Source: an uncultured Pelagibacteraceae bacterium (GTDB lineage: Bacteria; Pseudomonadota; Alphaproteobacteria; Pelagibacterales; Pelagibacteraceae). Taken from it: 64,000 bases of DNA. The first letter of the stretch is position 1. Each line of letters opens with the position of its first letter. Shown piece by piece: positions 42,201 to 53,085 of this stretch. Position numbers and translations under genes: made by a program. Location of the stretch: positions 538 through 64,537 of the forward strand of contig CACJWG010000005.1 in assembly GCA_902597055.1 (NCBI GenBank), written 5' to 3'. Under the pieces are notes generated by a model. It was not told where the DNA came from, did not search any database, and worked only from the letters and a program-made list of their open reading frames with translations.

Positions 42201-43734
42201 TCCTCATCATGACATTTACTCAATTGAGGATTTGGCCCAGTTAATTTATGATTTAAAACAGATAAATCCTAAAGCACGTGTTGGTGTAAAACTTGTTGCA
42301 TCTTCTGGTATTGGTACTATTGCAGCAGGAGTTGCAAAGGCAAAAGCTGATATAATTTTAATTTCTGGGCATAATGGTGGAACAGGAGCTACTCCTCAAA
42401 CTAGTGTTAAATACGTTGGTATACCCTGGGAAATGGGATTGACCGAGGCAAATCAAGTTTTAACTCTAAATAATTTAAGACATACAGTTACATTGAGGAC
42501 AGATGGTGGAATTAAAACTGGTAGGGATGTTGTCATTGCAGCCATGATGGGAGCGGAAGAATTTGGCGTAGCAACAACTGCTTTAGTAGCTATGGGATGT
42601 ATTATGGTAAGGCAATGTCATTCAAACACGTGTCCAGTAGGAGTTTGTACGCAAGATGAAAAATTGAGAGAAAAGTTTAACGGAACTCCTGATAAGGTGG
42701 TTAACCTGTTCACTTTTATAGCTCAAGAGGTGAGAGAAATTCTGTCTGAACTTGGATTTAAATCTTTAAACGAAATAATTGGAAGAACAGATCTCTTAAG
42801 ACAAGTGAGCAAAGGATCTCCTAATTTGGATGATTTAGATCTGAACCCTCTTTTTGTACGAGCTGATCCTGGTAAAAACAAAAGATACTGTGAAAAACAA
42901 ATAATAAATTTTGTACCAGACACTTTAGACCAGAAAATTTGGCCTGAGATAAATAAAAAAATTGATAATAATGAAAAAATTGAAAAATCCTATCAAATTG
43001 AAAATACTCATAGAGCTGTAGGCACACGTATTTCTTATGAATTATATAAGAAATATAATAATGCAAAATTAAACGATGACCACCTCACACTAAATTTTGA
43101 AGGATCTGCAGGACAATCTTTTGGTGCATTCGGTATTAAAGGACTAAAATTAGTATTAAGTGGAGATGCCAATGATTATGTTGGGAAGGGATTATCAGGA
43201 GGTAAGATAGTCATTAAACTTAGCAAAGAAAGTAATTTGATTTCAAAAGACAACACAATTATTGGTAACACAGTTTTATACGGAGCAACTTCAGGAAAAT
43301 TATTTGCAGCTGGACAAGCAGGTGAAAGATTTGCTGTTAGAAATTCTGGGGCTACAGCTGTAGTTGAAGGATGTGACTCTAATGGTTGTGAATATATGAC
43401 TGGGGGAAATATTATAATTTTAGGAAACACTGGAGATAACTTTGCTGCCGGTATGACAGGTGGTATGGCTTTTATTTATGATAAAGAAAAAGAATTCGAA
43501 AAAAGAGTAAATCCTGAAAGTGTAATTTGGCAAGGTGTTGAAACAAAATTTTGGCAGGAATTTCTAAAAAAATTAGTTGAAGAACATTCAAATGAGACAA
43601 ATTCAAACGTTTCAAAAAAAATACTAGAAAACTTTGATACAGAGATTAATAATTTTATTCAAGTCTGTCCAAAAGAAATGATCGACAAACTTGAAAATCC
43701 TATTACAAATAAAATCTCTAATTTTGCAAGTTAA
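39208..43734 (+). CDS. gltB: Glutamate synthase large subunit
   Basis: HDACGVG (mature N-terminal Cys), HQRFSTNT, QGAKPGEGG, CIMVRQCHSNTCPVG. Confidence 0.98.
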   Translation: MSKKRINLKLEKLRRNENLELLKSNHVYSENMEHDACGVGLVSSTDGKKSRQVVEYGIEALKAVWHRGAIDADGKTGDGAGIHIEIPSDFFIEKIEATGHKHDKSEVCVGMLFLPRNNYGAQEACRTIVESELTKSNFNIYGWRQVPVNPSVLGEKADLNRPEITQVLFKHNDKNEKGKSLEIKLYEARRKIEKKILQENLNEFYICSFSSKSIIYKGMFLAESLSDFYLDLKDPRFVSRYAIFHQRFSTNTAPSWDLAQPFRALAHNGEINTLKGNVNWMKVHEEEMFSPVFEDMENLKPVIPSGNSDSASLDNVFELLNISGQPAPLAKLMLIPDAWSKKSKVLPAEHQKLFNFLNSTMEPWDGPAAIAATDNEWVIVATDRNGLRPMRYTITKDNLLFAGSETGMIELNEKKIVSKGRLGPGEILGVRIEKGKIFKNKDIKNYLAKEYKHFNNQIIDLDKKFPIKNETNLFKGDQLRKLQHCFGYSLEDLELILHPMAEDAKEATGSMGDDTPLAVLSNKYRPLYHFFRQNFSQVTNPPIDSLRENKVMSLKTRFGNLGNILDFNNLTEENIYVLNSPILSNKQFEKFVSFFDKNNQVLDCTFTNEENIESSLERLKKEAEVLVRQGVTQLILSDKEVSKDKYPIPMLLCIGAVHTHLIKLKLRGYVSINAQTGEALDTHSFATLIGVGATTVNPYLALDSLYQRFEKKLFGKFIYDDCVERYVKSVNLGLLKIMSKMGISVISSYRGGCNFETVGLSRTIVNDFFPGVTSKISGIGLTGIEKKIRGIHEEAFRSDTNVLPIGGIYRYRKNGETHQYQGKLIHLLQSAVTNKSYELYKKYSKGIYELPPINLRDLIDFKKKNTISIDEVEPVENILKRFGSGSMSHGALSKEAHETLAIGMNRIKGASCSGEGGEDEKRFQIQSNGDSANSRVKQIASARFGVTINYLNNCNEIEIKIAQGAKPGEGGQLPGFKVTKEIARLRHSTPGVTLISPPPHHDIYSIEDLAQLIYDLKQINPKARVGVKLVASSGIGTIAAGVAKAKADIILISGHNGGTGATPQTSVKYVGIPWEMGLTEANQVLTLNNLRHTVTLRTDGGIKTGRDVVIAAMMGAEEFGVATTALVAMGCIMVRQCHSNTCPVGVCTQDEKLREKFNGTPDKVVNLFTFIAQEVREILSELGFKSLNEIIGRTDLLRQVSKGSPNLDDLDLNPLFVRADPGKNKRYCEKQIINFVPDTLDQKIWPEINKKIDNNEKIEKSYQIENTHRAVGTRISYELYKKYNNAKLNDDHLTLNFEGSAGQSFGAFGIKGLKLVLSGDANDYVGKGLSGGKIVIKLSKESNLISKDNTIIGNTVLYGATSGKLFAAGQAGERFAVRNSGATAVVEGCDSNGCEYMTGGNIIILGNTGDNFAAGMTGGMAFIYDKEKEFEKRVNPESVIWQGVETKFWQEFLKKLVEEHSNETNSNVSKKILENFDTEINNFIQVCPKEMIDKLENPITNKISNFAS

Positions 43735-43740
43735 TAAAAA

Positions 43741-44598
43741 ATGAAATTATTTTGTTTTGGTTTTGGACAGGTAGCCCAATCTTTTGTGGACCATCTATTA
43801 AATTTTGATTTTGATTTAAGATTAACAACCACATCAAGAAAAAATACTTCTGAGCTTACTTTTAAAGATTTAAAATACTTTAATTATGAATTTAATGAAA
43901 ATGATTTTGATAAAGATTTGATCAATCCATTACAAGAGTCCGATCATATTTTGATATCTGTTCCTCCAATCAATGGGAAGGATATGTTCATAGAAAGATT
44001 AGTAAAAAATAATTTAAATTTACAAAACCTAAAATGGCTAACTTATTTATCCTCAACAAGTGTTTATGGTAATCACGATGGAGCTTGGGTAAATGAGAGC
44101 AGCACAACAAATCCACAAACGCTTACAGGAAAAAACAGATTAAATGTTGAGAAAGATTGGCTGTCTATTGGAACAAAAAATTCATTACCGGTTCAAATTT
44201 TTAGACTTTCTGGAATTTATTCTGATAGATACAATGCAATTACCAGACTTAGAAATGATCAAAAATTTGTTGTTGAAAAAAAAGATCACTTTTTTTCAAG
44301 AATACACGTCAAAGATATAGCTCAAACATTATACTTATCGCTAAACAAATCTTTAAATAATGACATTTACAATTTGTCAGATGATAAGCCCGCATCGAAT
44401 ATTGAGGTAGTTAAATATGCATGCAATTTGATCAATTTTAAATTACCAAAGATTATTAGTTTTGACCAATTAGAGGAAGGTATGCTGAAGGATTTCTATA
44501 AAGATTCTAAAAAAGTTTCAAATAAAAAGATTAAAGATATATTTAAATTAAAATTAATTTACCCAACCTACGAAGAGGGTTTGAAGGCTAATATATAA
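43741..44598 (+). CDS. NAD(P)-dependent epimerase/dehydratase-like protein (atypical SDR)
   Basis: FGFGQVA, YLSSTSVYG, RLSGIY, SRIHVKDI. Confidence 0.85.
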   Translation: MKLFCFGFGQVAQSFVDHLLNFDFDLRLTTTSRKNTSELTFKDLKYFNYEFNENDFDKDLINPLQESDHILISVPPINGKDMFIERLVKNNLNLQNLKWLTYLSSTSVYGNHDGAWVNESSTTNPQTLTGKNRLNVEKDWLSIGTKNSLPVQIFRLSGIYSDRYNAITRLRNDQKFVVEKKDHFFSRIHVKDIAQTLYLSLNKSLNNDIYNLSDDKPASNIEVVKYACNLINFKLPKIISFDQLEEGMLKDFYKDSKKVSNKKIKDIFKLKLIYPTYEEGLKANI

Positions 44599-45334
44599 CC
44601 TCATCGATTAAATTGGCGAGTGAAGCTAAATCTTTTTTACGGGATAAACTATGGTCGCCGGTTTTTATAATCTTAATTTTCTTTTTTGCTTTAGGAAAAA
44701 TACTAAAGATTTTTTTTGATAGTTTTAAAGGTACAACGTCATCTTTTTTTCCATGAATTAAAAAAACAGGGATTTTTAAATTTATCTTTTTATTAAGTAC
44801 TTTATTTTTTCTACCATCTTTCAGAAAAGCTAATTTGATTTTATATTCATATCCATCACTTTTAAGCATGTAGAATTTCTTTTTTAAAAACATTTTTTTT
44901 TCATCATTTTTCAGTTTTTGCCAAATCAATCTATCCAAAAATTCAGGAGCTGAACCTATTCCAATAAATCCAATTATTTGTTTCTTAAAATCTTGAAATT
45001 GCAGAAGTCCTAGCCAAGCACCTAAACTTGAGCCAACTATTAAAAATTTTTCTTTTTTAATTATTTTACGAATTACAAATTTAACATTGTTCCTCCATTG
45101 AGAAATAGTTCCATTTTCGAATTTTCCATATGACTTGCCATGACCCGCGTATTCAAGAGACAGAAAGTTAACTTTGTTTTTTTTACAATATCTATTTAAA
45201 AAAAGAGGTTTTTTTCCTTCCATGTCAGATTTTAAACCGTGCAAAAACACAATAGTAAGTTTAGAGTTTAATTTACTATTCAAAATTCGTAATTTTTTAT
45301 CCCTTTTAAAATTGATATAATTGAATTTAGTCAT
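44588..45334 (-). CDS. Alpha/beta hydrolase
   Basis: GHGKS, VGSSLG, HGKKDDVVP, GDHSLS. Confidence 0.88.
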   Translation of the reverse strand: MTKFNYINFKRDKKLRILNSKLNSKLTIVFLHGLKSDMEGKKPLFLNRYCKKNKVNFLSLEYAGHGKSYGKFENGTISQWRNNVKFVIRKIIKKEKFLIVGSSLGAWLGLLQFQDFKKQIIGFIGIGSAPEFLDRLIWQKLKNDEKKMFLKKKFYMLKSDGYEYKIKLAFLKDGRKNKVLNKKINLKIPVFLIHGKKDDVVPLKLSKKIFSIFPKAKKKIKIIKTGDHSLSRKKDLASLANLIDEVIY

Positions 45335-45370
45335 TTTGAAATTTTAAATATGATATTATAAGTTAAATAA

Positions 45371-46528
45371 ATGTCATCTAAATTAAAAGTTTTACAAGTA
45401 ATACCAAGACTTGGTTATGGTGGAGCTGAAATAGGTTGTTACGATCTTGCCCATTATTTAAAAGAACAAAAGTCAAGCTCCTTTATTGCTACAAGTGGAG
45501 GAGAGCTAACGAAATATATAGATAAAAAAAAAGTAAAATTATTTAGACTTCCGGTCCACAGCAAAAATCCTTTACTGATATTAATAAATATATTTATTCT
45601 TACTTTTATAGTTCTATTTTACAAAATTAATATACTTCATGTTAGAAGCAGAGCGCCAGCATGGTCTTGTTATTATGTCTCTAAAATAACTAGGTGTAAA
45701 TTAGTAACAACATTTCACGGGACATATAATTTTAATAATTCAATAAAAAAATATTATAATGCAATTATGCTAAAGTCAGATTGCGTAATTGCGGGCTCAA
45801 ACTTTATTTTTTCCCATATCAAAGAAAAATACCCAGAGTACATATCAAGTATCAAGAAATTTTTAGTTATTTTTAGGGGAATAAATACTGAATATTATGA
45901 TCCCGATAATGTCAAAGAGTCAGATAGAATTAAGTTTCTAACAAAATTAAATATTGAGGGTAACAAAAAAGTTATTTTAATGCCAGGAAGACTAACCGAG
46001 TGGAAAGGTCAAGAAATTTTTATAGAAGCTCTTAATGATCTTAAAACAAAATATGGATATAAAAACTTTATTGCTATACTTCTTGGGTCCGATCAGGGAA
46101 GAAAAATTTATAAAAAAAAACTTATTAGATTGATAGAAAGATTTAGATTAAACAATGAAGTAATTTTTCTTGAACATGCACCTTCAATGCCTGTTGCTTA
46201 TAGCGTCTCAAACGTTATCGTTTCTGCATCAATTGAACCAGAGGCTTTTGGTAGAATATCAGTTGAAGCTCAATCAATGAAAAAACCAATAGTTGCAAGT
46301 GATATTGGTGGATCCAGAGAAACAATAATAGATAATAAAACTGGTTTATTATTCAGTTCTAGCAATCATCTTTCTCTAAGTGAGAAATTAGATTTTATTT
46401 TTAGATTAGATGATACTTCATTAAATGTGATGGGAAATAATGGTAGAAAAAACGTGCAAAAAAAATTTAATGTTGAAAAAATGTGTTTTTCAACTTATTC
46501 AGAATATAAAAAACTAATAAATGCCTAA
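45371..46528 (+). CDS. GT4-family glycosyltransferase
   Basis: GGAE, HVRSRAPAW, PGRLTEWKG, EAFGRISVEAQ. Confidence 0.9.
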   Translation: MSSKLKVLQVIPRLGYGGAEIGCYDLAHYLKEQKSSSFIATSGGELTKYIDKKKVKLFRLPVHSKNPLLILINIFILTFIVLFYKINILHVRSRAPAWSCYYVSKITRCKLVTTFHGTYNFNNSIKKYYNAIMLKSDCVIAGSNFIFSHIKEKYPEYISSIKKFLVIFRGINTEYYDPDNVKESDRIKFLTKLNIEGNKKVILMPGRLTEWKGQEIFIEALNDLKTKYGYKNFIAILLGSDQGRKIYKKKLIRLIERFRLNNEVIFLEHAPSMPVAYSVSNVIVSASIEPEAFGRISVEAQSMKKPIVASDIGGSRETIIDNKTGLLFSSSNHLSLSEKLDFIFRLDDTSLNVMGNNGRKNVQKKFNVEKMCFSTYSEYKKLINA

Positions 46529-48437
46529 TATAACTTTACCAGATGGAAAAAAATTAGCTTTTAAAGAAAAAGTTTCAGGACTTAAAATTGCTGAAAAAAT
46601 TAGCAAATCTCTCGCTAAGGAAGCCTTAGTTATAAGTGTCGACGGAAAATTAAAAGATTTAAGTTATGAAATTGAAAAGGATTGCGAAGTAAAAGTTTTA
46701 ACCTCAAAAGATAAAGATGGGCTTGATACTATCAGACATGATACAGCTCATATTTTAGCTATGGCAGTTCAAGAGTTATTTCCTGGCACACAAGTTACAA
46801 TTGGACCAACTATTGAGGATGGTTTTTATTATGACTTTTCTAGAAAAGAACCTTTCACTGAGGCTGATTTAAAAAAAATTGAAACAAAGATGTCAGAAAT
46901 TGTTGACAGAGATGAACCAACTTATAGAGAGGTTTGGGATAGAGACGAGGCTATTTCGCATTTCAAAAAAATTGGTGAGAACTACAAGTCAGAAATTATT
47001 CAAGATATTCCTAAAAATGAAGAGATATCAATATACTTTCATGGAAAATGGCATGATCTTTGTCGAGGGCCACATCTATCTTCCACTGGTAAAATTGGAA
47101 AGAATTTTAAGTTAACTAAGGTTGCAGGCGCATATTGGAGAGGAGATTCAAAAAATGAAATGCTGCAAAGAATATATGGAACTTCTTGGGCATCAAAAAA
47201 AGATTTAGATAATTACATTAAAAGATTAGAGGAAGCCGAAAAAAGGGATCACAGAAAACTTGGAAAAGAAATGGACTTATTTCATTTTAGAGAAGAAAGT
47301 CCAGGCGCAGTATTTTGGCATCAAAGAGGATGGACATTATTTCAAAAACTTATCGATTACATGAGGAAAAAACAGAATGAGGCAGGTTATAAAGAAATTA
47401 ACACTCCAGAGGTTTTAGATAGATCTTTGTGGGAAAAATCTGGCCACTGGGAAAAATTTGGTGCACATATGTATACATCTGAAACTCCAGATGAAAAAAT
47501 ATTTGCAATAAAACCTATGAATTGCCCAGGGTGTGTTCAAGTATTTAACCAAGGTTTAAAAAGCTACAGAGACCTACCTTACAAAATGTCTGAGTTTGGA
47601 AAGGTTCACAGATATGAGCCATCAGGAGCATTGCATGGCCTATTAAGAGTGCGAGCATTTACTCAAGATGATGCGCATATCTTTTGTACAGAGGATCAAA
47701 TTACAGAAGAGTCTCTTTCAGTTACAAATCTTATTTTAAATATTTATAAAGACCTTGGATTTGAAAATGTAATTTTAAAATATTCTGATAGACCAGACCT
47801 TAGAGTTGGAGAAGATGAAGTTTGGGATAAAGCAGAAAAAGCTCTTTTGGAAGCAGTTAAAGCTACAAAACTTGAATACAGTATCAATAAAGGGGAAGGT
47901 GCATTTTACGGTCCAAAAATTGAATTTGTTTTAAGAGATGCAATAGGAAGAGATTGGCAATGTGGAACTCTTCAGGTTGATTTAAATTTACCAGGAAGAC
48001 TTGGTGCATCTTTTGTAGATAAAGATGGATCAAAAAAAGTACCAGTAATGTTACATAGAGCTTTATTCGGTTCTCTTGAAAGATTCATCGGGATATTAAT
48101 TGAAAATTATTCTGGAAAACTTCCTTTCTGGATAAGCCCATCACAAATCATGGTAATACCAGTTTCTGAAGACTTTAACGATTACTCTGTTGAAGTTAAC
48201 AAAAAACTTATAGCATCTGGTTTAAATTCAGAAGTTGATTTAAAGAATCACAATTTAAATTATAAAATAAGGGAACATTCGTTATCAAAGGTTCCAATAT
48301 TATTAATTTGCGGAAAAAAAGAAGTTGACAGCAATAGTGTAACTATTAGACAATTGGATTCTACAAAACAAGAAAATATGGAACTAAAAAAATTTATTAA
48401 TCACTATCAGGCTTTAAATAAAGCTCCATCATTATAA
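46521..48437 (+). CDS. thrS: Threonine--tRNA ligase
   Basis: HDTAH, DLCRGPH, RDHRKLG, KPMNCP, HRALFGSLERF. Confidence 0.98.
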   Translation: MPNITLPDGKKLAFKEKVSGLKIAEKISKSLAKEALVISVDGKLKDLSYEIEKDCEVKVLTSKDKDGLDTIRHDTAHILAMAVQELFPGTQVTIGPTIEDGFYYDFSRKEPFTEADLKKIETKMSEIVDRDEPTYREVWDRDEAISHFKKIGENYKSEIIQDIPKNEEISIYFHGKWHDLCRGPHLSSTGKIGKNFKLTKVAGAYWRGDSKNEMLQRIYGTSWASKKDLDNYIKRLEEAEKRDHRKLGKEMDLFHFREESPGAVFWHQRGWTLFQKLIDYMRKKQNEAGYKEINTPEVLDRSLWEKSGHWEKFGAHMYTSETPDEKIFAIKPMNCPGCVQVFNQGLKSYRDLPYKMSEFGKVHRYEPSGALHGLLRVRAFTQDDAHIFCTEDQITEESLSVTNLILNIYKDLGFENVILKYSDRPDLRVGEDEVWDKAEKALLEAVKATKLEYSINKGEGAFYGPKIEFVLRDAIGRDWQCGTLQVDLNLPGRLGASFVDKDGSKKVPVMLHRALFGSLERFIGILIENYSGKLPFWISPSQIMVIPVSEDFNDYSVEVNKKLIASGLNSEVDLKNHNLNYKIREHSLSKVPILLICGKKEVDSNSVTIRQLDSTKQENMELKKFINHYQALNKAPSL

Positions 48438-48983
48438 GTGGCAGATTTCAAACAAAACTATTTCCAGAGGCGAACGAGGGATCGAGGTCCTCGCTCAAAT
48501 AACAGAATTATGTCTCAAGAGGTCCAGGTAATTTCAAGTGATGGAAAAAATTTGGGTATACTAAATACTCAAGAGGCAATCAACATGGCTAAAAATGAAG
48601 GACTTGATCTAATTGAGATCGCTCAAAATGCTAAACCTCCTGTCTGTAAAATTATGGATATGGGTAAGTTCAAGTATGATGCTCAAAAAAAAGCTAATAA
48701 AGCAAAGAAGAAACAAAAAAAAGTTGAACTTAAAGAAATAAAACTTAGACCAGTAACTGAAATTCATGATTACTCATTTAAAATTAAAAATGCTCAAAAA
48801 TTTTTGAGCAAAGGTGACAAAGTAAAATTTACTATTAAATTTAAAGGGAGAGAATTACAACATACTAATCTTGGACATGAATTAATGGATAAGATTAAGA
48901 CCGATATAGAAAAACTTGGAAAAGTAGAGTTACAGCCTAAATTTGAAGGCAAACAGATGATAATGGTCATACAACCAATTTAA
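48438..48983 (+). CDS. infC: Translation initiation factor IF-3
   Basis: LDLIEI, PPVCKIMDMGK, KEIKLRP, FKGRE. Confidence 0.95.
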   Translation: MADFKQNYFQRRTRDRGPRSNNRIMSQEVQVISSDGKNLGILNTQEAINMAKNEGLDLIEIAQNAKPPVCKIMDMGKFKYDAQKKANKAKKKQKKVELKEIKLRPVTEIHDYSFKIKNAQKFLSKGDKVKFTIKFKGRELQHTNLGHELMDKIKTDIEKLGKVELQPKFEGKQMIMVIQPI

Positions 48984-49028
48984 TTATTCTTGTAAATTTA
49001 TCATTATATTTGTATAACCCCCTTCATT

Positions 49029-49235
49029 ATGCCAAAGTTAAAAACAAAAAGTTCAGCAAAAAAAAGATTTAAAATTTCTGCAAGAGGAAAAGTAATTATG
49101 CCTCAAGCTGGAAAAAGACACGGTATGATCAAGAGAACAAATTCACAAATTAGAAAACAACGAGGAACAACTGTAATGTCTAAACAAGATGGCAAAATAG
49201 TAAAATCTTACATGCCATATAGTTTGAGAGGATAA
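49029..49235 (+). CDS. rpmI: 50S ribosomal protein L35
   Basis: [15 protein letters not shown]. Confidence 0.96.
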   Translation: MPKLKTKSSAKKRFKISARGKVIMPQAGKRHGMIKRTNSQIRKQRGTTVMSKQDGKIVKSYMPYSLRG

Positions 49236-49236
49236 A

Positions 49237-49593
49237 ATGCCAAGAGTAAAAAGAGGAGTTACAAGTAGAGCTAAACATAAAAAAGTTCTTAAATCTGTAA
49301 AAGGTCAGTGGGGCAGGAGAAAGAATACTATAAGAGTTGCAAGACAAGCGATGGAAAAGTCGATGCAATATGCGTATAGAGATAGAAGAAATAAAAAAAG
49401 AGAATTTAAGTCATTATGGATACAAAGAATTAATGCAGGAGTGAGAGGTGAAGGTCTTACATATTCAAAATTTATACATGCTTTAAGTAAATCTGGTATT
49501 AAGTTAGATAGAAAAATTCTAGCTGAAATTGCCTATGATAACCCTGAAGCGTTTAAAACAATTGTAAAAAAAGCTCAAGCTGCACTTAATTAA
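49237..49593 (+). CDS. rplT: 50S ribosomal protein L20
   Basis: [22 protein letters not shown]. Confidence 0.97.
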   Translation: MPRVKRGVTSRAKHKKVLKSVKGQWGRRKNTIRVARQAMEKSMQYAYRDRRNKKREFKSLWIQRINAGVRGEGLTYSKFIHALSKSGIKLDRKILAEIAYDNPEAFKTIVKKAQAALN

Positions 49594-49636
49594 TCTTCCC
49601 TATTGTTTTTCTTAGTTTAAGAAATAATCTGTAAAA

Positions 49637-50704
49637 ATGTCTGATTTTGAAAAAAAATTTCTCGAGTTTAAAAGCAGATTAAACGGAACTCAGGATTCAA
49701 AAGAAATTGAATCCATAAGAACAGATATTTTCAGTAAAAATGGATTTATTAATTCTCAGTTTAAAAAACTTGGCTCTTTGTCTGAGAATGAGAAAAAAAC
49801 TTTTGCATCCAATATAAATAAAGCAAAACAAGAATTGCTTGAAATATTTAGGGCAAAAGCAACAGAAGTTTCAGATAAAGATCTTAATGAAAAAATAAAA
49901 AAAGAAAAAATTGACGTTACTCTACCTGAGAAGGAATTTAAAATAGGAAAAATTCATCCCGTATCCCAAGTAATTGATGAAATATCATGTATTTTTTCTG
50001 AAATCGGATTTAGTGTGGAAGAAGGACCTGACGTTGAAAATGATTATAATAATTTTACAGCTTTGAATACCCCCGAAGATCATCCAGCAAAAGATATGCA
50101 TGATACATTTTATTTGGATGAGAATATGAAGACTTTACTTAGAACTCACACCTCTCCCGTTCAAGTTCGCACGATGCTAAAAGGGAAACCTCCTTTTAAA
50201 ATAATTGCACCTGGAAGAACGTATCGAAGTGATAGTGATCAAACTCACACACCAATGTTTCATCAATTAGAAGGTCTACACATAGATAAAAATATTAATA
50301 TGGGTCATCTTAAAGGGTGTTTAAACTATTTTATAAAAGAATTTTTTGAAGTGGATAAAATTAAGATGAGGTTTAGACCTAGTCACTTTCCATTTACAGA
50401 GCCTTCGGCTGAGGTAGATATTGGTTATAGAATTGAAAAAAATAAAATTATTATTGGAGAAGGCGATAAATGGCTAGAGGTTCTTGGATGTGGAATGGTG
50501 CACCCAAATGTTTTAAAAAACTGTAAGGTCGACCCAAAAATTTATCAAGGTTTTGCTTTTGGTATTGGTATCGATAGATTAGCAATGCTTAAATACGGAA
50601 TTAATGATTTAAGATCTTTTTTTGAATGTGATTATAGATGGTTAAATTATTATGGTTTTGATCCTTTAGATGTTCCAACAAACTATAGAGGTTTGAGCAA
50701 ATGA
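49637..50704 (+). CDS. pheS: Phenylalanine--tRNA ligase alpha subunit
   Basis: [30 protein letters not shown]. Confidence 0.97.
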   Translation: MSDFEKKFLEFKSRLNGTQDSKEIESIRTDIFSKNGFINSQFKKLGSLSENEKKTFASNINKAKQELLEIFRAKATEVSDKDLNEKIKKEKIDVTLPEKEFKIGKIHPVSQVIDEISCIFSEIGFSVEEGPDVENDYNNFTALNTPEDHPAKDMHDTFYLDENMKTLLRTHTSPVQVRTMLKGKPPFKIIAPGRTYRSDSDQTHTPMFHQLEGLHIDKNINMGHLKGCLNYFIKEFFEVDKIKMRFRPSHFPFTEPSAEVDIGYRIEKNKIIIGEGDKWLEVLGCGMVHPNVLKNCKVDPKIYQGFAFGIGIDRLAMLKYGINDLRSFFECDYRWLNYYGFDPLDVPTNYRGLSK

Positions 50705-53085
50705 AATTCACTAAAGATTGGCTTGATGTTCACTTAAAAACAAACAAAAGTGAGTCTCAAATTATCCAAAAATTAAATAATATTGGCCTAGAGGTAGAAA
50801 AGGTAGAACCAGTCAAAAATGAACTTAGTGAATTTATTGTAGCGAAAATAGTAAAAGCAAACAAACATCCTAATGCTGACCGGCTTAAGTTATGTGATGT
50901 GGATATTGGAAAAAAAGAAATTCTTAAAGTTGTGTGTGGCGCTCCTAATGCAAGGGATGGACTTTTGACAATTTACGCACCGCCAGGTTCAGTGATTCCA
51001 AAAAATGGGATGAAATTAGAAGTTTCAAAGATCAGAGGAGAAACCTCTTACGGGATGCTTTGTTCTGAATCAGAGTTGAAACTTTCTAATGAGAGCGAAG
51101 GAATAATAGATCTAAATGATAAGTATAAAACAAAAATTGGAAAATCTTTTTTTGATGAAAAAAAAGGAAAAAATGTAATTGAATTATCAATTACCCCAAA
51201 TAGACCAGACTGCCTTGGTGTGAGAGGTATAGCGAGAGACTTGTCAGCCTCTAACTTTGGAAAACTAAAAGAACCGAGAAAAAGCAAAGTTAAAAAGAAC
51301 ATTAAACATAATTTAAAGATAAAGATTGAAAAAAATAAAAATCAGGCATGTTCAATTTTTGGAAGCTGTATAATTAAAAATATTAAAAATACTGAAAGTC
51401 CAGGATGGTTAAAAAATAGAATTTTAGCACTTGGCTTAAGGCCTATTTCTGCTGTTGTTGATATAACAAATTATGTAATGTTTGATTTAAACCGACCCCT
51501 CCATGCATACGATTTAGACAAGATAAAGAATAAAATTACCGTTAGAAATTCAAAAAAAGGAGAAAACTTTAAAGCCCTAGATAATAAAAATTATACACTT
51601 GATAAAGATATGTGTGTGATATCGGATGATGAAGGTGTGCTTGGTTTGGGCGGAATAATTGGAGGCGAAAGGTCAGGAACAGAAAAACATACAAAAAATA
51701 TATTATTAGAGTCAGCATACTTTGATCCTGCAATAATTAGGAAGACTGCTAAAAAATTAGATTTGAAAAGTGATGCAAAGTTCCGTTTTGAAAGAGGGGT
51801 AGATCCTCAGTCTGTAAATGCTGGGCTGGATTCAGCCGTTGAACTAATTTTAGAAATTTGTGGAGGAGAAGTTTCTAAATTTGACGTACAGCAGATAAAG
51901 AAATTTAAAGATCTTGAGATAAAATTTGACCCAAAAATGGTATCGAAAACAATTGGAACTAACATAAAAACTAATGAGATAAAAAAGATCTTATTAAACT
52001 TAGGCTTCACTGTTAAAACTAAAGGTAAATTTCTCAATGTTAAGGTTCCAAGTTGGAGACCAGATATCTTTGGTGAGATTGATCTAGTAGAGGAAGTTAT
52101 TAGAATTGTTGGATTTGAAAAAATTAAGTCCATTGAACCTGAGAAAAAGCGAACTAAACCAACACTTAACTTCTTTCAGAAACATTTTCATTTAGCTCAA
52201 AGATCAGTAGCCTCAAAAGGATATCTTGAAACAATAACATGGTCGTTTACTGACGAAAAAATTAATAACAAATTTAAAGAAAAGCTAGAAAGCGTAAAGA
52301 TTGTAAATCCAATAAGTTCAGAATTAAATGTATTAAGAAATTCTTTATATCCAAATCTAATTTTCTATTTAGAAAAAAACTTAAACAGAGGATTTGGTGA
52401 TCAGGCTCTTTTTGAAATTGGTCCAACATTTACAGGAAAAAAACCTGGCCAACAAATCACCGTTGTTTGCGGAATCAAAAAACAATCAATAGATGAAGAT
52501 AATTATTTAAAAAAAAATAATTTAGTAGACGTTTTCCATATAAAAAAGGATTTAGTCCAATCATTAACAGAACTTGGAATAAATAAAGAAGATTTTAAGA
52601 TTGATGAAAATACGCCATCTTATTATCATCCAGGTATTTCAGGATCTATAGTCTCAAAAGATGGAAATCTTGTTCTTGGACATTTCGGTGCCTTGCACCC
52701 AAAAATAATTTCTAACACTTTTGGATTTGAAATTTTTTTAGAAAACTTAGTTAATTACAAAGCAAAGAATTCAAAGACAAAAGAAAGTCTTACTTTTTCA
52801 GATTACCAGAAGTCAGACAGAGATTTTGCTTTTTTAGTTAATAAGAATACTAAGGCTCAAGATTTAACAGAGGTGATCCAAAAAGTAGATAAAGATTTAA
52901 TTAAAGAGATAAAAATTTTCGATGTCTATGAAGGGGAAAACATTCCATCTGACAAAAAATCTATCGCTTTAAAAGTTACAATACAATCTGATCATAAGAC
53001 TTTAAATGAGACCGATCTAACAAATATCTCAAAAAAAATAATAAACACTGTGGAAGAAAAAACTGGTGCAAAATTAAGATCATAA
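50701..53085 (+). CDS. pheT: Phenylalanine--tRNA ligase beta subunit
   Basis: HPNADRL, VCGAPN, TPNRPD, RFERG, DLVEEV. Confidence 0.97.
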   Translation: MKFTKDWLDVHLKTNKSESQIIQKLNNIGLEVEKVEPVKNELSEFIVAKIVKANKHPNADRLKLCDVDIGKKEILKVVCGAPNARDGLLTIYAPPGSVIPKNGMKLEVSKIRGETSYGMLCSESELKLSNESEGIIDLNDKYKTKIGKSFFDEKKGKNVIELSITPNRPDCLGVRGIARDLSASNFGKLKEPRKSKVKKNIKHNLKIKIEKNKNQACSIFGSCIIKNIKNTESPGWLKNRILALGLRPISAVVDITNYVMFDLNRPLHAYDLDKIKNKITVRNSKKGENFKALDNKNYTLDKDMCVISDDEGVLGLGGIIGGERSGTEKHTKNILLESAYFDPAIIRKTAKKLDLKSDAKFRFERGVDPQSVNAGLDSAVELILEICGGEVSKFDVQQIKKFKDLEIKFDPKMVSKTIGTNIKTNEIKKILLNLGFTVKTKGKFLNVKVPSWRPDIFGEIDLVEEVIRIVGFEKIKSIEPEKKRTKPTLNFFQKHFHLAQRSVASKGYLETITWSFTDEKINNKFKEKLESVKIVNPISSELNVLRNSLYPNLIFYLEKNLNRGFGDQALFEIGPTFTGKKPGQQITVVCGIKKQSIDEDNYLKKNNLVDVFHIKKDLVQSLTELGINKEDFKIDENTPSYYHPGISGSIVSKDGNLVLGHFGALHPKIISNTFGFEIFLENLVNYKAKNSKTKESLTFSDYQKSDRDFAFLVNKNTKAQDLTEVIQKVDKDLIKEIKIFDVYEGENIPSDKKSIALKVTIQSDHKTLNETDLTNISKKIINTVEEKTGAKLRS

